The notes under the pieces: generated by a model
Seen by the model: only the letters and a program-made list of their open reading frames with translations
Told to the model about the DNA's origin: nothing
Databases searched by the model: none
Position numbers and translations under genes: made by a program
Source of the DNA: Leptolyngbyaceae cyanobacterium
GTDB lineage: Bacteria; Cyanobacteriota; Cyanobacteriia; Phormidesmidales; Phormidesmidaceae
Assembly: GCA_965263355.1 (NCBI GenBank)
Contig: CBDHHL010000032.1
Coordinates: 3,200,001 to 3,264,000, forward strand
Length of the DNA: 64,000 nt
Direction: 5' to 3'
In this document: positions 1 through 10,289 of the stretch, one piece after another
Layout of the letters: every line of letters begins with the position of its first letter
How positions within the stretch are numbered: position 1 is the first letter of the stretch

Positions 1-320
1 CAATCTAGTTCTGGTGTACTTTGCGGCAATCGTTCACAGGCACGACCATTGCCATCACCATCTAGGTTATGTGGATCGCCTTGAAACTCATCAAGCACTA
101 GTTGGGCTAAATCCTGACTCACAAAATCACCGCAGTCGCAGTTCTGCTCAACACAAGGAGGTAAGTGGGCATGGGGATCGCTCAGGTCGTTGGCCAAATC
201 CTCGCAGCCTGTTGCTGTCAGCAGTAGGAGAGCCGCCTGTATTGAATGCTTAAGCCACCATGGCCAAGGTGCTAAATTCCAGTGCCTCAACGTTTTATCC
301 AAAGGGTGATCTGCTCCCAT
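1..320 (-). CDS. Excalibur Ca-binding domain lipoprotein (3' end runs off the window; not in the ORF track)
   Basis: Manual translation from ATG at 320: MGADH...AALLLLTATG-C (lipobox-like)...CVEQNCDCGDFVSQDLAQLVLDEFQGDPHNLDGDGNGRACE, the Excalibur C..F...DP.xLDxDxxGxACE pattern; open to position 1. Confidence 0.75.
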   Translation of the reverse strand, partial: MGADHPLDKTLRHWNLAPWPWWLKHSIQAALLLLTATGCEDLANDLSDPHAHLPPCVEQNCDCGDFVSQDLAQLVLDEFQGDPHNLDGDGNGRACERLPQSTPELD

Positions 321-513
321 GAGTGTACCCTGGTGTTAGTACAAAAATATTATCAATATTACAAAATGCATCCTTATGCGTCCTTTGGTATCCCCCATGG
401 AGGGATGGGGAAACGGCAGTATACTGTTAACTGCGCTGGACGATTTCGCTAAAGGATTTTTCCAACGAAGCTTCTGGCAGACGACCCATCCACTATTTAA
501 CCGATTGGTGACT

Positions 514-981
514 ATGCTCAACAACGCAATTGCCTTACTAAACGCTTGGTTCCCGGCTACTGAGGTCCATGCCCACTGTGATGGTCCCTGTGGTGTTTAC
601 GATCCGTCTGCTGCTCGCATCACCGCTGAAGCTGTGCTCTCCATGACCAAGAAAATTTTGGCCCTTGAGGAGCCTGCGGATGCTGCTGGTAAAGTAGCCT
701 ATGCTAATACCCTTTCTCGTTACATTGCGATTAAGGAAGAGCAGGCTCAAAAGACTAAGGATGATTTGCTAATTCTGTGGACTGATTACTTTAAGCCAGT
801 GCATTTAGAGTCCCATCCTGACCTCCATGACACCTTCTGGAAAGCTGCTAAACTTTGCTCTGCTTGCAAAGTAGAGGTTAGTCAGCAGCATGCTGAAGAA
901 CTAATGACTGCAGTTGAGAAGATCCACACTATCTTCTGGGCAACTAAGGGCCGTGATGTGGCTTGGTATACCGCTAGCTAG
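514..981 (+). CDS. sodN: Nickel superoxide dismutase precursor
   Basis: Ni-hook HCDGPCGVYDP after a leader ending VHA; likely start ATG 514 (ORF track 376). Confidence 0.97.
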   Translation: MLNNAIALLNAWFPATEVHAHCDGPCGVYDPSAARITAEAVLSMTKKILALEEPADAAGKVAYANTLSRYIAIKEEQAQKTKDDLLILWTDYFKPVHLESHPDLHDTFWKAAKLCSACKVEVSQQHAEELMTAVEKIHTIFWATKGRDVAWYTAS

Positions 982-1005
982 TGGTTGTATAGTCAATATT
1001 TAAGG

Positions 1006-1041
1006 AAACCCGCAAGGTTATTAATGCTTTGCGGGTTTTTT
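1006..1041 (+). terminator. Rho-independent terminator after sodN
   Basis: AAACCCGCAAG...CTTTGCGGGTTT stem followed by a T-run. Confidence 0.75.
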
Positions 1042-1100
1042 GTATTTGCTTAGGGCATTACCGTAGCGCAGCGGAGGCATCCCCGGAGGGGTATCGGACA

Positions 1101-1556
1101 ATGGGCGGACAGTGGGCAAATGGGCAATATCTGACGGCAGGGCAATACCTTCCAGATGCTAGTTGGGGGGATTATATTCAGTGGTTTTTGGGGCGGCGGC
1201 AGCGATTTGTGGTGCGGGAAAATTCTATGCTGCCTACACTGATGCCAGGCGATACTGTTTTGGCAGAGCTGGGCAGTGCCGTAACCGTGGGAGATATTGC
1301 GCTAGTGCATTGGGGCGGTTTGCAAAAAACATCAGAGACAACCGATGCACCTTCTAACCGAGATGTTGCCTCCAGGAGTGCTCCTGCTATTTTGCTGGTT
1401 AAACGGGTCAGTGAAATCTTCTATGACGGTAGTGTCTACTTGATCAGCGATAATGCAAATGAGCCTAATGCCCGTGATAGCCGACACTTTGGTGTCATAG
1501 AATCACGACAGGTAATTGGCCGCGTGACGAGCCGTTTGGCTTCGTTACCGGAGTAG
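1101..1556 (+). CDS. sodX: Ni-SOD maturation protease (S26-like)
   Basis: SMLPTL..GD, LVKRV, DN..ARDSRHFG, VIGRVTS motifs; directly after sodN; start uncertain (1029 or 1101). Confidence 0.88.
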   Translation: MGGQWANGQYLTAGQYLPDASWGDYIQWFLGRRQRFVVRENSMLPTLMPGDTVLAELGSAVTVGDIALVHWGGLQKTSETTDAPSNRDVASRSAPAILLVKRVSEIFYDGSVYLISDNANEPNARDSRHFGVIESRQVIGRVTSRLASLPE

Positions 1557-1657
1557 TTTTTCTAAACCACGCCCAAGTTGAAACCCATAGCTTTTGCTAC
1601 AGAAAAACGATTTTTCGGGGTGTGGACAAGATTTATATTTCTTCACTTAACCGCCCA

Positions 1658-2146
1658 ATGGCAGTTCCCATTAATATTAGCCCCGCAACCCATGATGATG
1701 TCCCACTGCTCTTTGAGTTAGTTATGGCGTTGGCAGAGTATGAAAATTTAGCCCATGAAGTCACTGGGGCACCAGAAGACTTGGAAAAATATCTCTTTGG
1801 TGATGTTCCTAGGGCCCATGCTATCGTTGCCCGTATTGATGGTGCTCCTGCTGGTTTCGCACTTTATTTTTTCAATTTCTCTACATTTCTGATGAAACCA
1901 GGGGTTTATTTAGAGGATTTATTTGTTTTGCCAGGATATCGACGTCGAGGTGTGGGTACTGCGATTTTTCAATATCTTGCCCAGATTGCTTTAGCGAAAG
2001 GTTGTGGGCGTTTTGAGTGGAGTGTTCTGGATTGGAATCAGCCCGCCATTGATTTTTATATGTCTAAAGGTGCCGTAATGCTGAATGATTGGCGTACCTG
2101 TCGTGTTACTGGTAGGGCCTTAGAAAATTTGGCAATCAATGATTAG
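1658..2146 (+). CDS. GNAT N-acetyltransferase (SSAT-like)
   Basis: YLEDLFV.P.YRRRGVG, EWSVLDWNQPAIDFY. Confidence 0.92.
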   Translation: MAVPINISPATHDDVPLLFELVMALAEYENLAHEVTGAPEDLEKYLFGDVPRAHAIVARIDGAPAGFALYFFNFSTFLMKPGVYLEDLFVLPGYRRRGVGTAIFQYLAQIALAKGCGRFEWSVLDWNQPAIDFYMSKGAVMLNDWRTCRVTGRALENLAIND

Positions 2147-2181
2147 GCAGGACCCGGCTTACAAAATACATACCTGACAGA

Positions 2182-2640
2182 CTACTCGCCTGAAAAATAC
2201 TGATGTAGTGAATCAAACATAGTCTGTAGTTCTGTGGGTAATCGCCGAACAATTTTGCGTTGAGCGGTATTGATGGGCACCAGTAGGATTTGTCCTGTGA
2301 TGCAAAGCTGTTTGGCATTGTCCGTTGTATCGTAAATCTCGTAAAACCAGTTCAGTTTGATGTTACGCGTTAGTTCTAGCCGAGTTTTAACTAACCCTCT
2401 AGCCCCTAAGGTTAGTGACTGGTGATAGCGTAGTTGGAGATCGACTACTGGTAAATCGTAGCCTGCTCTAACAACGTCTTCGAATGGAAACTCAAGGGTG
2501 CGGAGACACTCTACCCTGGCTGTTTCCATCCATTGAATATAAGTGCCATGCCAGACAACACCGCTGTAGTCCGTGTGGTGGGGCTGTACCCGAAAACCAT
2601 AGTCAAACCAGCGGTGAGTCATAGATAAATCAACTATCAA
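2182..2640 (-). CDS. Acyl-CoA thioesterase (4HBT/YbgC family)
   Basis: HTDYSGVVWHGTYIQWMETAR. Confidence 0.88.
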   Translation of the reverse strand: MIVDLSMTHRWFDYGFRVQPHHTDYSGVVWHGTYIQWMETARVECLRTLEFPFEDVVRAGYDLPVVDLQLRYHQSLTLGARGLVKTRLELTRNIKLNWFYEIYDTTDNAKQLCITGQILLVPINTAQRKIVRRLPTELQTMFDSLHQYFSGE

Positions 2641-2736
2641 ACTACGAATTGTGAATCCTGCTTTAGTTTATAAAAACAGGTTGCGTATCATAGATATTTA
2701 TACATCCTTAAGAGCCTATTCAATAGGGTTTAGTCA

Positions 2737-3594
2737 ATGATTGAAAAGATTTTGCTCGCTAGTGTTGGTCCTGGCAACACGGAAAACATGTTTAAAGCCC
2801 TGCTGGAAATCCCTATGATTCAGCGATCGCAAGTAACTGTACTCAAGGTGGTTTCCCCTCAAAGAGGCGCTAGCAGCATGGAGGCGCAGCGCTCTGAGAG
2901 TGAGCAAGAATTAGCCGATACAATCGCTCGCTTGGGGATTGAGGCGTCAAAGGTAACCCCAATGTTGCGGGAGGGCGATCCCAAATCTGAGGTGTGTAAA
3001 GTCGCCGATGAAATTGATGCGAGTTTAATCATTATGGGCTCCCGTGGTTTAGGCGGGCTCAAGGCAATTTTGAAAAATTCGGTCAGTCAGTATGTATTCC
3101 AGCTGTCCTCAAAGCCTATGCTGCTGGTAAAAGACGACCTATATAGCATTCGCCCTGTCAAACGGGTCTTAGTGGCGCTCGATAAGTCCGATATGGCAAA
3201 AGAATCGCTCAAAGTTGCCATTGATCTGACCCGTGATGTCAAAGATAGCGAGCTGGTGTTTGTACACACCTTGTCTGATTTACGCAGTTCTCTAGCTGAG
3301 GCCATCAATGCCAATCCTGAGACTGACCCAGTGTTGGCACCGGCAATTGCCGAAGCAAAACGCTATCGAATTAACTACCGTTGTGTTGCTCCCGAGGGTA
3401 AGCCTGGTCAGCGCATTTGTGAATTGGCCGATGACTTAAATGTAAATTTGCTTATTCTAGGCTCCCCCGACCGTCGTCCGTCTATTGCGAAGGGGTTACC
3501 TGATATTGACCGGCTATTGGGCGGCTCCCTGTCAGACTATGTACGTATCAATGCTCCCTGTCCTGTTTTGCTGACACGCATTGAAACTGACTGA
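2737..3594 (+). CDS. Universal stress protein, tandem USP domains
   Basis: IIMGSRG..G..NSVS and LILGS...GSLSDYV..APCPVLL. Confidence 0.93.
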   Translation: MIEKILLASVGPGNTENMFKALLEIPMIQRSQVTVLKVVSPQRGASSMEAQRSESEQELADTIARLGIEASKVTPMLREGDPKSEVCKVADEIDASLIIMGSRGLGGLKAILKNSVSQYVFQLSSKPMLLVKDDLYSIRPVKRVLVALDKSDMAKESLKVAIDLTRDVKDSELVFVHTLSDLRSSLAEAINANPETDPVLAPAIAEAKRYRINYRCVAPEGKPGQRICELADDLNVNLLILGSPDRRPSIAKGLPDIDRLLGGSLSDYVRINAPCPVLLTRIETD

Positions 3595-3679
3595 TTAAAT
3601 CTTTCGTAGTCTTTCGTAGGGCTATCCCTTGGAGGTGCCCTACGCTATCCTTGACCCACCTTTGCAATTATTTGTAACT

Positions 3680-4315
3680 ATGGCGTCGTTATCCCACACC
3701 ATTGAAGCAATCCTCTACCTCAAGGCAAAGCCACTCACGATTTCCCAGATTGCCGAATATGCCAAGTGTGATAAAGATGCAGCGGCAGCGGGGCTGATTC
3801 AATTGATGGGAGACTATGCCCATCGTGAAGGGGCCTTAGAAATTGCTGAGACTGAAAATGGTTACAGTCTGCAGCTACGTCAGCCCTTTAAACCTCTCCT
3901 AGATGAGCTGATTCCCTTAGACATTGGCTTGGGCGCGCTACGGACCCTGGCCGCAATCGCTATGCAGGGGCCTATTAGTCAGACAGATCTGGTTGATTTA
4001 CGCGGCTCAGGTGCCTATGGCCATGTCCATGAGTTAGTTGATCAAGGATTCGTGCGGCGACGGCGACAATCCGATGGCCGTTCTTTTTGGTTACAAGTGA
4101 CTGAAAAGTTTTATCAACGTTTTGAGATTGATAAACTTCCACAAATTAATTTACCTGAGGTCCAGGATGATTCCTCAGAGTTTACAGACGATGCCGTTGA
4201 GGAAGCTCCAGCAACCGCTGATAATTCTGCGTCAGATTCTGGGGCTCAAAATACTTCTAATTCTTTTTCTGAGCCTGATGTAGCGATAGATTCAGGTCTG
4301 CTCTCAGAAGCCTGA
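3680..4315 (+). CDS. scpB: SMC-Scp complex subunit ScpB
   Basis: IEAILY, LRTLAAIA..GPISQ.DL..LRG, VTEKF; acidic tail. Confidence 0.92.
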   Translation: MASLSHTIEAILYLKAKPLTISQIAEYAKCDKDAAAAGLIQLMGDYAHREGALEIAETENGYSLQLRQPFKPLLDELIPLDIGLGALRTLAAIAMQGPISQTDLVDLRGSGAYGHVHELVDQGFVRRRRQSDGRSFWLQVTEKFYQRFEIDKLPQINLPEVQDDSSEFTDDAVEEAPATADNSASDSGAQNTSNSFSEPDVAIDSGLLSEA

Positions 4316-4473
4316 AAGTTTACTAAGGAGTTAATGGCTTATTAAGCTATCGTTAATCTATGCGATATGCTAGGGCATCTTGAAGATATGTTGTTCACAC
4401 TGATATTCATATAAGTGTTGGCTGAAATCGGCTTTATCACGCTAAGGTAATTAGAAGCAATACATACTCATTT

Positions 4474-4845
4474 ATGTTTAACCCTGATAGCGCCCAGTTC
4501 ATTGGCATGGGTTCTGACGATGCACAGGTCAACCAGTTATTAAAGTACCTCCAGCATCAGCCACCAGAGGTTCTGACTCGCGTTGCCCAGTCAGTGAGTG
4601 GTGAAATAAAGCAAATTATTTCTCAAAACGTTCAGGGGCTAATCGGGGTACTACCCTCTGAGGGGTTTAATGTACAGGTTACAACCGACCGTGAAAATTT
4701 GGCTGGATTGCTAGCGTCTGCCATGATGACTGGATATTTTCTCAGGCAAATGGAGCAGCGTATGGAGTTAGAGTCTACCTTAGCTGGCGTATCCCCCTTA
4801 GAGAATGATCTAGAAAGCGATAATCTGTCAGAGCTAGATAGTTAG
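4474..4845 (+). CDS. DUF760 family protein
   Basis: NLAGLLASAMMTGYFLRQMEQR. Confidence 0.85.
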   Translation: MFNPDSAQFIGMGSDDAQVNQLLKYLQHQPPEVLTRVAQSVSGEIKQIISQNVQGLIGVLPSEGFNVQVTTDRENLAGLLASAMMTGYFLRQMEQRMELESTLAGVSPLENDLESDNLSELDS

Positions 4846-4918
4846 TTGGAGCCTTATGCTCAACTCGTTAGCCTCAGGAAGTTGAAACGCTAGCGCAGTA
4901 AGTAGTTAGCCCACTGGA

Positions 4919-6154
4919 CTAATAAAGCTCATCAGGCATTTTTGTCGGTTTAACCTCCAGCGTTTTAAGCTGGCCTTTGCGATGAACTTCTACTTGTAGC
5001 GATTTTCCAATACTGCTGGCTTCAACCTGAGCTTGGACATCAGTTGCTGTAGCAACGTTTATTTCATTAACTTTGCTAATCACATCACCGCGTTGGATGC
5101 CAGCCGCTTCAGCGGGTGTGTCTTCCATGACGCGAATGACCATGACCCCTGAATCAGCTTCAATCTCAAAGTCAATATCCTCGCTCTCATTAATGCGCTG
5201 ACGCATTTCTGGATTGAGATTGACCATCTGAATGCCTAGGTAAGGATGCTGAACTTCACCATGCTTAAAAAGCTGGTCACCTATCCGCGTTGCCGTTTCA
5301 ATTGGAATCGCAAAACCCAGACCCTGAGCCCCGGCACGAATAGCTGTATTCATGCCAATCACCTTCCCTTTGGCATTAAGCAGTGGCCCACCAGAGTTAC
5401 CTGGATTAATGGCGGCGTCGGTTTGAATGAACTGCACACGCTTGTCAGAGATGCCCACCTGCGAACTGGTCCGGCCTAAGGCACTAATGATGCCAGCGGT
5501 TACAGTATTGTCTAGGCCCAGGGGGTTACCAATGGCAATGGCCCATTGCCCTGCCGCTAGATTATTGGTTGAACCCAGGGGGGCTGTCGGTAAGTTATCG
5601 CCATCGATTTTGACGACAGCGATATCCGTGACAGGATCGGTGCCAATTACGTCACCTTCAAATGTTCGTCCGTCGTTCAACGTCACATTAACTGTTTTGG
5701 CTCCCTCCACCACATGAGCATTGGTCATGACTTGGCCATCACTGCTGAGGATAAACCCAGAGCCTGTACCCTGTTCAAGACGTTCAGGGAATTCTGGCTG
5801 AGGTGGCAACTCGTCATCACTAAAAAAGCGCTTGAAGAGTGGATGTTCAAAGGGTTCTGACACACCTCTGACCGATCGTGAGGCATCGATACGCACAACG
5901 GCAGGACCTACCTGCTCAGCGGCGGCTGCAATAAAATTAGGATTGTCAATTGGGGCATAGCTATTTGGCTGGGGTTGAGCGACAGCCTCTGAAGACTCAG
6001 TTGCTGTTCTGACAATCGAAGTGGCAAGCGGCAACGCGTTATCCGGTTCCTCAACAACGGGCTTGAAAAAATAGCTACGACTGGCCCAGCCAGCTCCACT
6101 ACCAATACAGAGTAGGCTCGCATATACAACCAATTGTTTTGTAGAAATTTTCAT
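4919..6154 (-). CDS. HtrA/Deg serine protease with PDZ domain (HhoA/HhoB type)
   Basis: TNAHVV, DIAVVK, QTDAAINPGNSGGPL, C-terminal PDZ. Confidence 0.96.
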   Translation of the reverse strand: MKISTKQLVVYASLLCIGSGAGWASRSYFFKPVVEEPDNALPLATSIVRTATESSEAVAQPQPNSYAPIDNPNFIAAAAEQVGPAVVRIDASRSVRGVSEPFEHPLFKRFFSDDELPPQPEFPERLEQGTGSGFILSSDGQVMTNAHVVEGAKTVNVTLNDGRTFEGDVIGTDPVTDIAVVKIDGDNLPTAPLGSTNNLAAGQWAIAIGNPLGLDNTVTAGIISALGRTSSQVGISDKRVQFIQTDAAINPGNSGGPLLNAKGKVIGMNTAIRAGAQGLGFAIPIETATRIGDQLFKHGEVQHPYLGIQMVNLNPEMRQRINESEDIDFEIEADSGVMVIRVMEDTPAEAAGIQRGDVISKVNEINVATATDVQAQVEASSIGKSLQVEVHRKGQLKTLEVKPTKMPDELY

Positions 6155-6351
6155 GGCTGCTTTCTGAACGATTAGCGATGAGGGCTTTAATGAACTTACC
6201 TTAGCGAAGATTAACGCGAAAATGTGTTAGACACATCGTTTAGATCGCTTTGTTCATGGTACTGAATGTCGGTGCTGTGCTCAGGTAAATTTTTCTACCG
6301 TAGCTGCGGAATGCTGGTCTGCTGTTGTTTACAACCCTGGGTGCTTTAAAG

Positions 6352-7197
6352 ATGCATATATTTCAAAGATTTCATAAATATCTATTACTAATTTCTGGAT
6401 TTAGTCTGATTTTCGTCGGTGTTTCCCCATCTGTTGATGCGTCACCCTGTCCTCAATCCGCATTGTCTCAGGTTGTTCGGCATCGGGTTGAGAATGGCGA
6501 AACCCTAAGCGCGATTGCGGCTCAATATGGATTATTTCCGGCAACACTGATAGCCTTAAATCCTAATGTGTCATCCCAAGGAGCGTTATCTCGGGGGCAA
6601 GTGATTAAAGTGCCTCCTTTTAACGGTAGGGTGGCTCAGGTTGGTGCTGGCCAAACTTGGCAATCCCTAGCCGAACGCTATGAAACTAGGGCTGATTTAT
6701 TATTTGAAGTAAACGGTTGTCCTGCCACATTGCCTAGTCGTATTTTTATTCCGGGTGGTCATCGGGGCACTGCTGTGGCTGCCTCAGTTACATTGAAGTA
6801 TCCATTACCAGAGTTAACGAGGCTGGTCCTTAGTTATGGTTGGCAGCCTCATCCTCAGCGAGACGAGCTTACGTTTAACAGTGGTATTGCCTTCGCGGCT
6901 ATGCCAGGGACCGAAGTTAGGTTAGCTGCCAACGGTGTGATTGCGTTTGTTGGAGAAAATAACGACACTCTAATGGTCGTGGTTAATCATCGTAATGGTC
7001 TGCAAACTCGTTATGGAAACCTCAGTAATGTTGAGTTTGCCGTTGGTGATGCGGTTACTGAAGGTGTTCGTTTGGGTACCGTAGCGGGTGATGCTGCAGA
7101 ATCTTTTATGTACTTTGAAGTGCGTACAAATTCAAATGAAGGCTGGGTAGCACGGGATCCGGGTTTATATTTGCCAGAATTAGACTTGCAGCGTTAA
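6352..7197 (+). CDS. LysM-domain M23 family protein
   Basis: Two LysM repeats, M23-like C-terminus with degenerate Zn ligands (FNSGIAF, YFEVR). Confidence 0.85.
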   Translation: MHIFQRFHKYLLLISGFSLIFVGVSPSVDASPCPQSALSQVVRHRVENGETLSAIAAQYGLFPATLIALNPNVSSQGALSRGQVIKVPPFNGRVAQVGAGQTWQSLAERYETRADLLFEVNGCPATLPSRIFIPGGHRGTAVAASVTLKYPLPELTRLVLSYGWQPHPQRDELTFNSGIAFAAMPGTEVRLAANGVIAFVGENNDTLMVVVNHRNGLQTRYGNLSNVEFAVGDAVTEGVRLGTVAGDAAESFMYFEVRTNSNEGWVARDPGLYLPELDLQR

Positions 7198-7412
7198 TTG
7201 CCTGAGGTATGAAACCTTGTCTAAATCCGGAACAAACGTTTTTTCGTCGAAGAAACTACAGACTGAGGCTGGAACATAATCTGGGCAAAGTTGCTGAATA
7301 TCTGAAGAATTGCAGCGTAAAGCTAGTCATCTTGAGTAAGAAGGCTTACAATGCCGATATTCTATGTCCAATACCATGGGTGAGGGTGCTTTTGTAAGGA
7401 ACGTGTTGTGCT

Positions 7413-8354
7413 ATGGCTAGGCATCCAAGTTTGTCTGAGCGATTGTCTAAGACAGTAAAAGTTTTTTTTAACGGTGCTTCGAGGCGTAATACTCGTTCCC
7501 GTGGTACGCGATTGGGTCATCCACCGGCTGCACAACATAAAGCTGCTAGTACAAAAACGCCCCCCAAAAAGCCAACTCGTATTGCAGATAAGTCGGCCCA
7601 GGTAAATCAGAACAAGGCTGTTAGAAACGGCTCTTTTTGGTCAAGTTTGTTTTGGGTAAGGCCATGGTTGTTGGTGATTGCCCTATGGCTCACGTTTGTT
7701 TTAATGATTGTGATCGCCCTCGCAGGTCTTTCTAACCCTGGTCGTGAAATAGTGTTAGATCCAGTGGATAGTGCCATTGTGGGGCAACCTTTGAGTACAC
7801 CGGATACGGCGGCGGTTTCTCGCCTGATCCCTCGGGATGAAACGAGGTTGCCTCGCCGAGATCCAGCGGCTACGTTACCACCAGTGGAGGCTGAGCGTGC
7901 CATGCCTGTTTGGCCTTTGTTGGTGATGGTGGTGGCTTGTGCCGGGGGATGTATGCTGATGTCAAATCAAGGGCTGTTAGCACCCGAGTCTCGTCGAGGA
8001 CGGCGGCGGGTTGTGGTCTCACAGACAGGGCTTCGGCCTGTGGCAAATTCCCGGCCTGGGCGTTCGCTTAGCAAACGGCAACAACGGCGCTCAAAGCAGC
8101 GTCGTCTCGCAGCTCAGCGTCCGGCCTCTCAAGTGATGACTTTTCGTCCTGGCCAAAGGTTACGCAATACTTCCCCGCAGTCGAGACCCATTGAGTCTAA
8201 GTCTGTTTCCTTTGCGGTTAGCTCGCATGATCAGACCCCTACTTCCGTAACCGTTGTTCCAGACAATGAAAGCTCTTCCCTAGATTGGAAAGAAGGTAGT
8301 TTGGCCCATCGGTTAGATGTACGTCAGACCCGGTCGATTCGGTCGTTTCTATGA
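7413..8354 (+). CDS. Hypothetical membrane protein
   Basis: Two hydrophobic segments, basic low-complexity regions, C-terminal VTVVP...LDW..GSLA..LDVR motif. Confidence 0.65.
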   Translation: MARHPSLSERLSKTVKVFFNGASRRNTRSRGTRLGHPPAAQHKAASTKTPPKKPTRIADKSAQVNQNKAVRNGSFWSSLFWVRPWLLVIALWLTFVLMIVIALAGLSNPGREIVLDPVDSAIVGQPLSTPDTAAVSRLIPRDETRLPRRDPAATLPPVEAERAMPVWPLLVMVVACAGGCMLMSNQGLLAPESRRGRRRVVVSQTGLRPVANSRPGRSLSKRQQRRSKQRRLAAQRPASQVMTFRPGQRLRNTSPQSRPIESKSVSFAVSSHDQTPTSVTVVPDNESSSLDWKEGSLAHRLDVRQTRSIRSFL

Positions 8355-8407
8355 GCCCGTTATTTAGCCTAAGAGGGCAATTGTCTTTTCGTTAAGCAGG
8401 TTTTTTC

Positions 8408-9325
8408 TTGGCTGGCTTGCCGGTTATTTATCACTCTGACTATGTAACACCTCTGCCTGCGGGGCATCGGTTTCCGATGCCAAAGTTTAAGCTGCTGCGG
8501 GATTTGCTTGTGCGAGAGCGGGTGATTGCTGAAGACCAAATTTATCAGCCAGGGCGTCCGCCCCAAGATTGGTTAGAGCTGGTGCATGATTCATCTTATG
8601 TACAGGCTTACTGTGAAGGAGGTTTAGAGCCTAAGGCTCAACGCCGTATTGGCTTACCTTGGAGCGAGGGGTTAGTGAGGCGGACCTGTACTGCCGTAGG
8701 AGGGACTATTCTGACGGCTAAGCTAGCGTTGAACCATGGCTTAGCTTGTAATACGGCGGGGGGGACTCACCATGCGTTTCCAGGCTATGGGGCTGGATTT
8801 TGTATTTTTAATGATATTGCGATCGCAACCCGCCTGCTCAAGCGCCAAAACCTCCTCAAAACTGTCCTAGTAGTCGATTTAGACGTTCATCAAGGCGACG
8901 GCACCGCCTGGATTTTTCGCGATGACCCCAGCGTATTTACCTTTTCCATGCACTGTGCCGTTAATTTTCCAGGTCGTAAGCAAACCAGCGACCTGGATGT
9001 TCCCTTAGTAGAGGGCACTGAAGATGATGACTATTTAGCAAAATTAGCCGTCTACTTACCGAGTTTACTCACCCAGGTCAACCCTGATTTGGTAATTTAT
9101 GACGCCGGGGCCGATCCCCATCGAGATGATCGCCTGGGTAAACTGGCATTGACAGATGAAGGACTTTACCGACGTGATCAATACGTCTTGGAAACCTGCG
9201 TACGTGCAGGCTACCCAGTCGCCTGTGTCATCGGTGGTGGCTATGGCAAGGACATGAAAGCGCTAATTTATCGGCACTCATACTTGCATCGAACTGCCGT
9301 CGAAGTCTATCGAAAATACTGCTAA
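8408..9325 (+). CDS. Histone deacetylase family amidohydrolase
   Basis: HRFPMPKF, GGTHHA, GFCIFND, DLDVHQGDGT, GGGY. Confidence 0.95.
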   Translation: MAGLPVIYHSDYVTPLPAGHRFPMPKFKLLRDLLVRERVIAEDQIYQPGRPPQDWLELVHDSSYVQAYCEGGLEPKAQRRIGLPWSEGLVRRTCTAVGGTILTAKLALNHGLACNTAGGTHHAFPGYGAGFCIFNDIAIATRLLKRQNLLKTVLVVDLDVHQGDGTAWIFRDDPSVFTFSMHCAVNFPGRKQTSDLDVPLVEGTEDDDYLAKLAVYLPSLLTQVNPDLVIYDAGADPHRDDRLGKLALTDEGLYRRDQYVLETCVRAGYPVACVIGGGYGKDMKALIYRHSYLHRTAVEVYRKYC

Positions 9326-9389
9326 AAATTTAAGATGGAACAGTATCGACCCAACTGTTCCTCCATAAAAGCAATACAGTTTTTATTTT

Positions 9390-10289
9390 TTGCCCATGCC
9401 TTGGACCGTCATTACTTTTTATAAGTTTGTAAAACTCAATAATTTTGAGGCTCTGCGTCAGCCTATTTTGGAGTTGTGTCGGTCTCAGGGCATTAAAGGA
9501 ACAATTCTGCTGGCACTTGAAGGAATTAACTCCACAGTTTCAGGGACAGATACTGCCCTAAATGCCTTGCTGTCTCACTTGAAGCAAGACCCACGTTTAG
9601 CCGATCTGACCCATAAAACGTCATGGGCTGAGGACCAACCGTTCCCTCGGATGAAGGTTAAGCTTAAAAAAGAGATTGTTACCCTAGGGCAACCGGACGT
9701 GAGTCCGACTAAACAGGTGGGAACGTATGTCGATCCTAAGGACTGGAACCAGGTGATTGCGGATCCGGAGGTGGTGGTGGTGGATACCCGGAATACCTAT
9801 GAGGTGGATATCGGTACTTTCCAGGGAGCCAATAACCCACAAACTGAGTCATTTCGAGAGTTTCCTCACTATGCAAAAGAACAATTAGATCCCACCAAGC
9901 ATAAGAAAGTGGCTATGTTTTGCACTGGGGGTATTCGCTGTGAAAAAGCCTCTTCCTACCTTCTGGACCAGGGGTTTGAGCAGGTTTATCACCTTAAAGG
10001 TGGCATCCTAAAGTACTTGGAAGAGGTCCCAGCTGAAGAGAGTCTTTGGCAAGGTGAATGTTTTGTCTTTGACCAGCGAGTAACCGTACAACATGGATTA
10101 GAACCTGGTAACTACACCATGTGTCGTGGCTGTGGTAATCCAGTTTCTGGGGAGGCTATGCAGTCACCCCACTATGTGCCAGGGCTGTCATGTCCTAGTT
10201 GTTACGCCCAACTCACTGATAAGCAGCGTATGCGTTTTGCTGAACGGATCAAACAACGACAGCTAGAGAAACAGAGAGAATCTCTCTAA
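9390..10289 (+). CDS. trhO: Rhodanese-related tRNA U34 hydroxylase (UPF0176)
   Basis: [50 protein letters not shown]. Confidence 0.9.
   Translation: MPMPWTVITFYKFVKLNNFEALRQPILELCRSQGIKGTILLALEGINSTVSGTDTALNALLSHLKQDPRLADLTHKTSWAEDQPFPRMKVKLKKEIVTLGQPDVSPTKQVGTYVDPKDWNQVIADPEVVVVDTRNTYEVDIGTFQGANNPQTESFREFPHYAKEQLDPTKHKKVAMFCTGGIRCEKASSYLLDQGFEQVYHLKGGILKYLEEVPAEESLWQGECFVFDQRVTVQHGLEPGNYTMCRGCGNPVSGEAMQSPHYVPGLSCPSCYAQLTDKQRMRFAERIKQRQLEKQRESL

Noticed and set aside
14..253. His-rich 79-aa plus-strand ORF next to sodN (tempting as a Ni chaperone)
   Set aside because: Antisense shadow of the Excalibur-domain gene; the His run arises from its Asp/Gly codons
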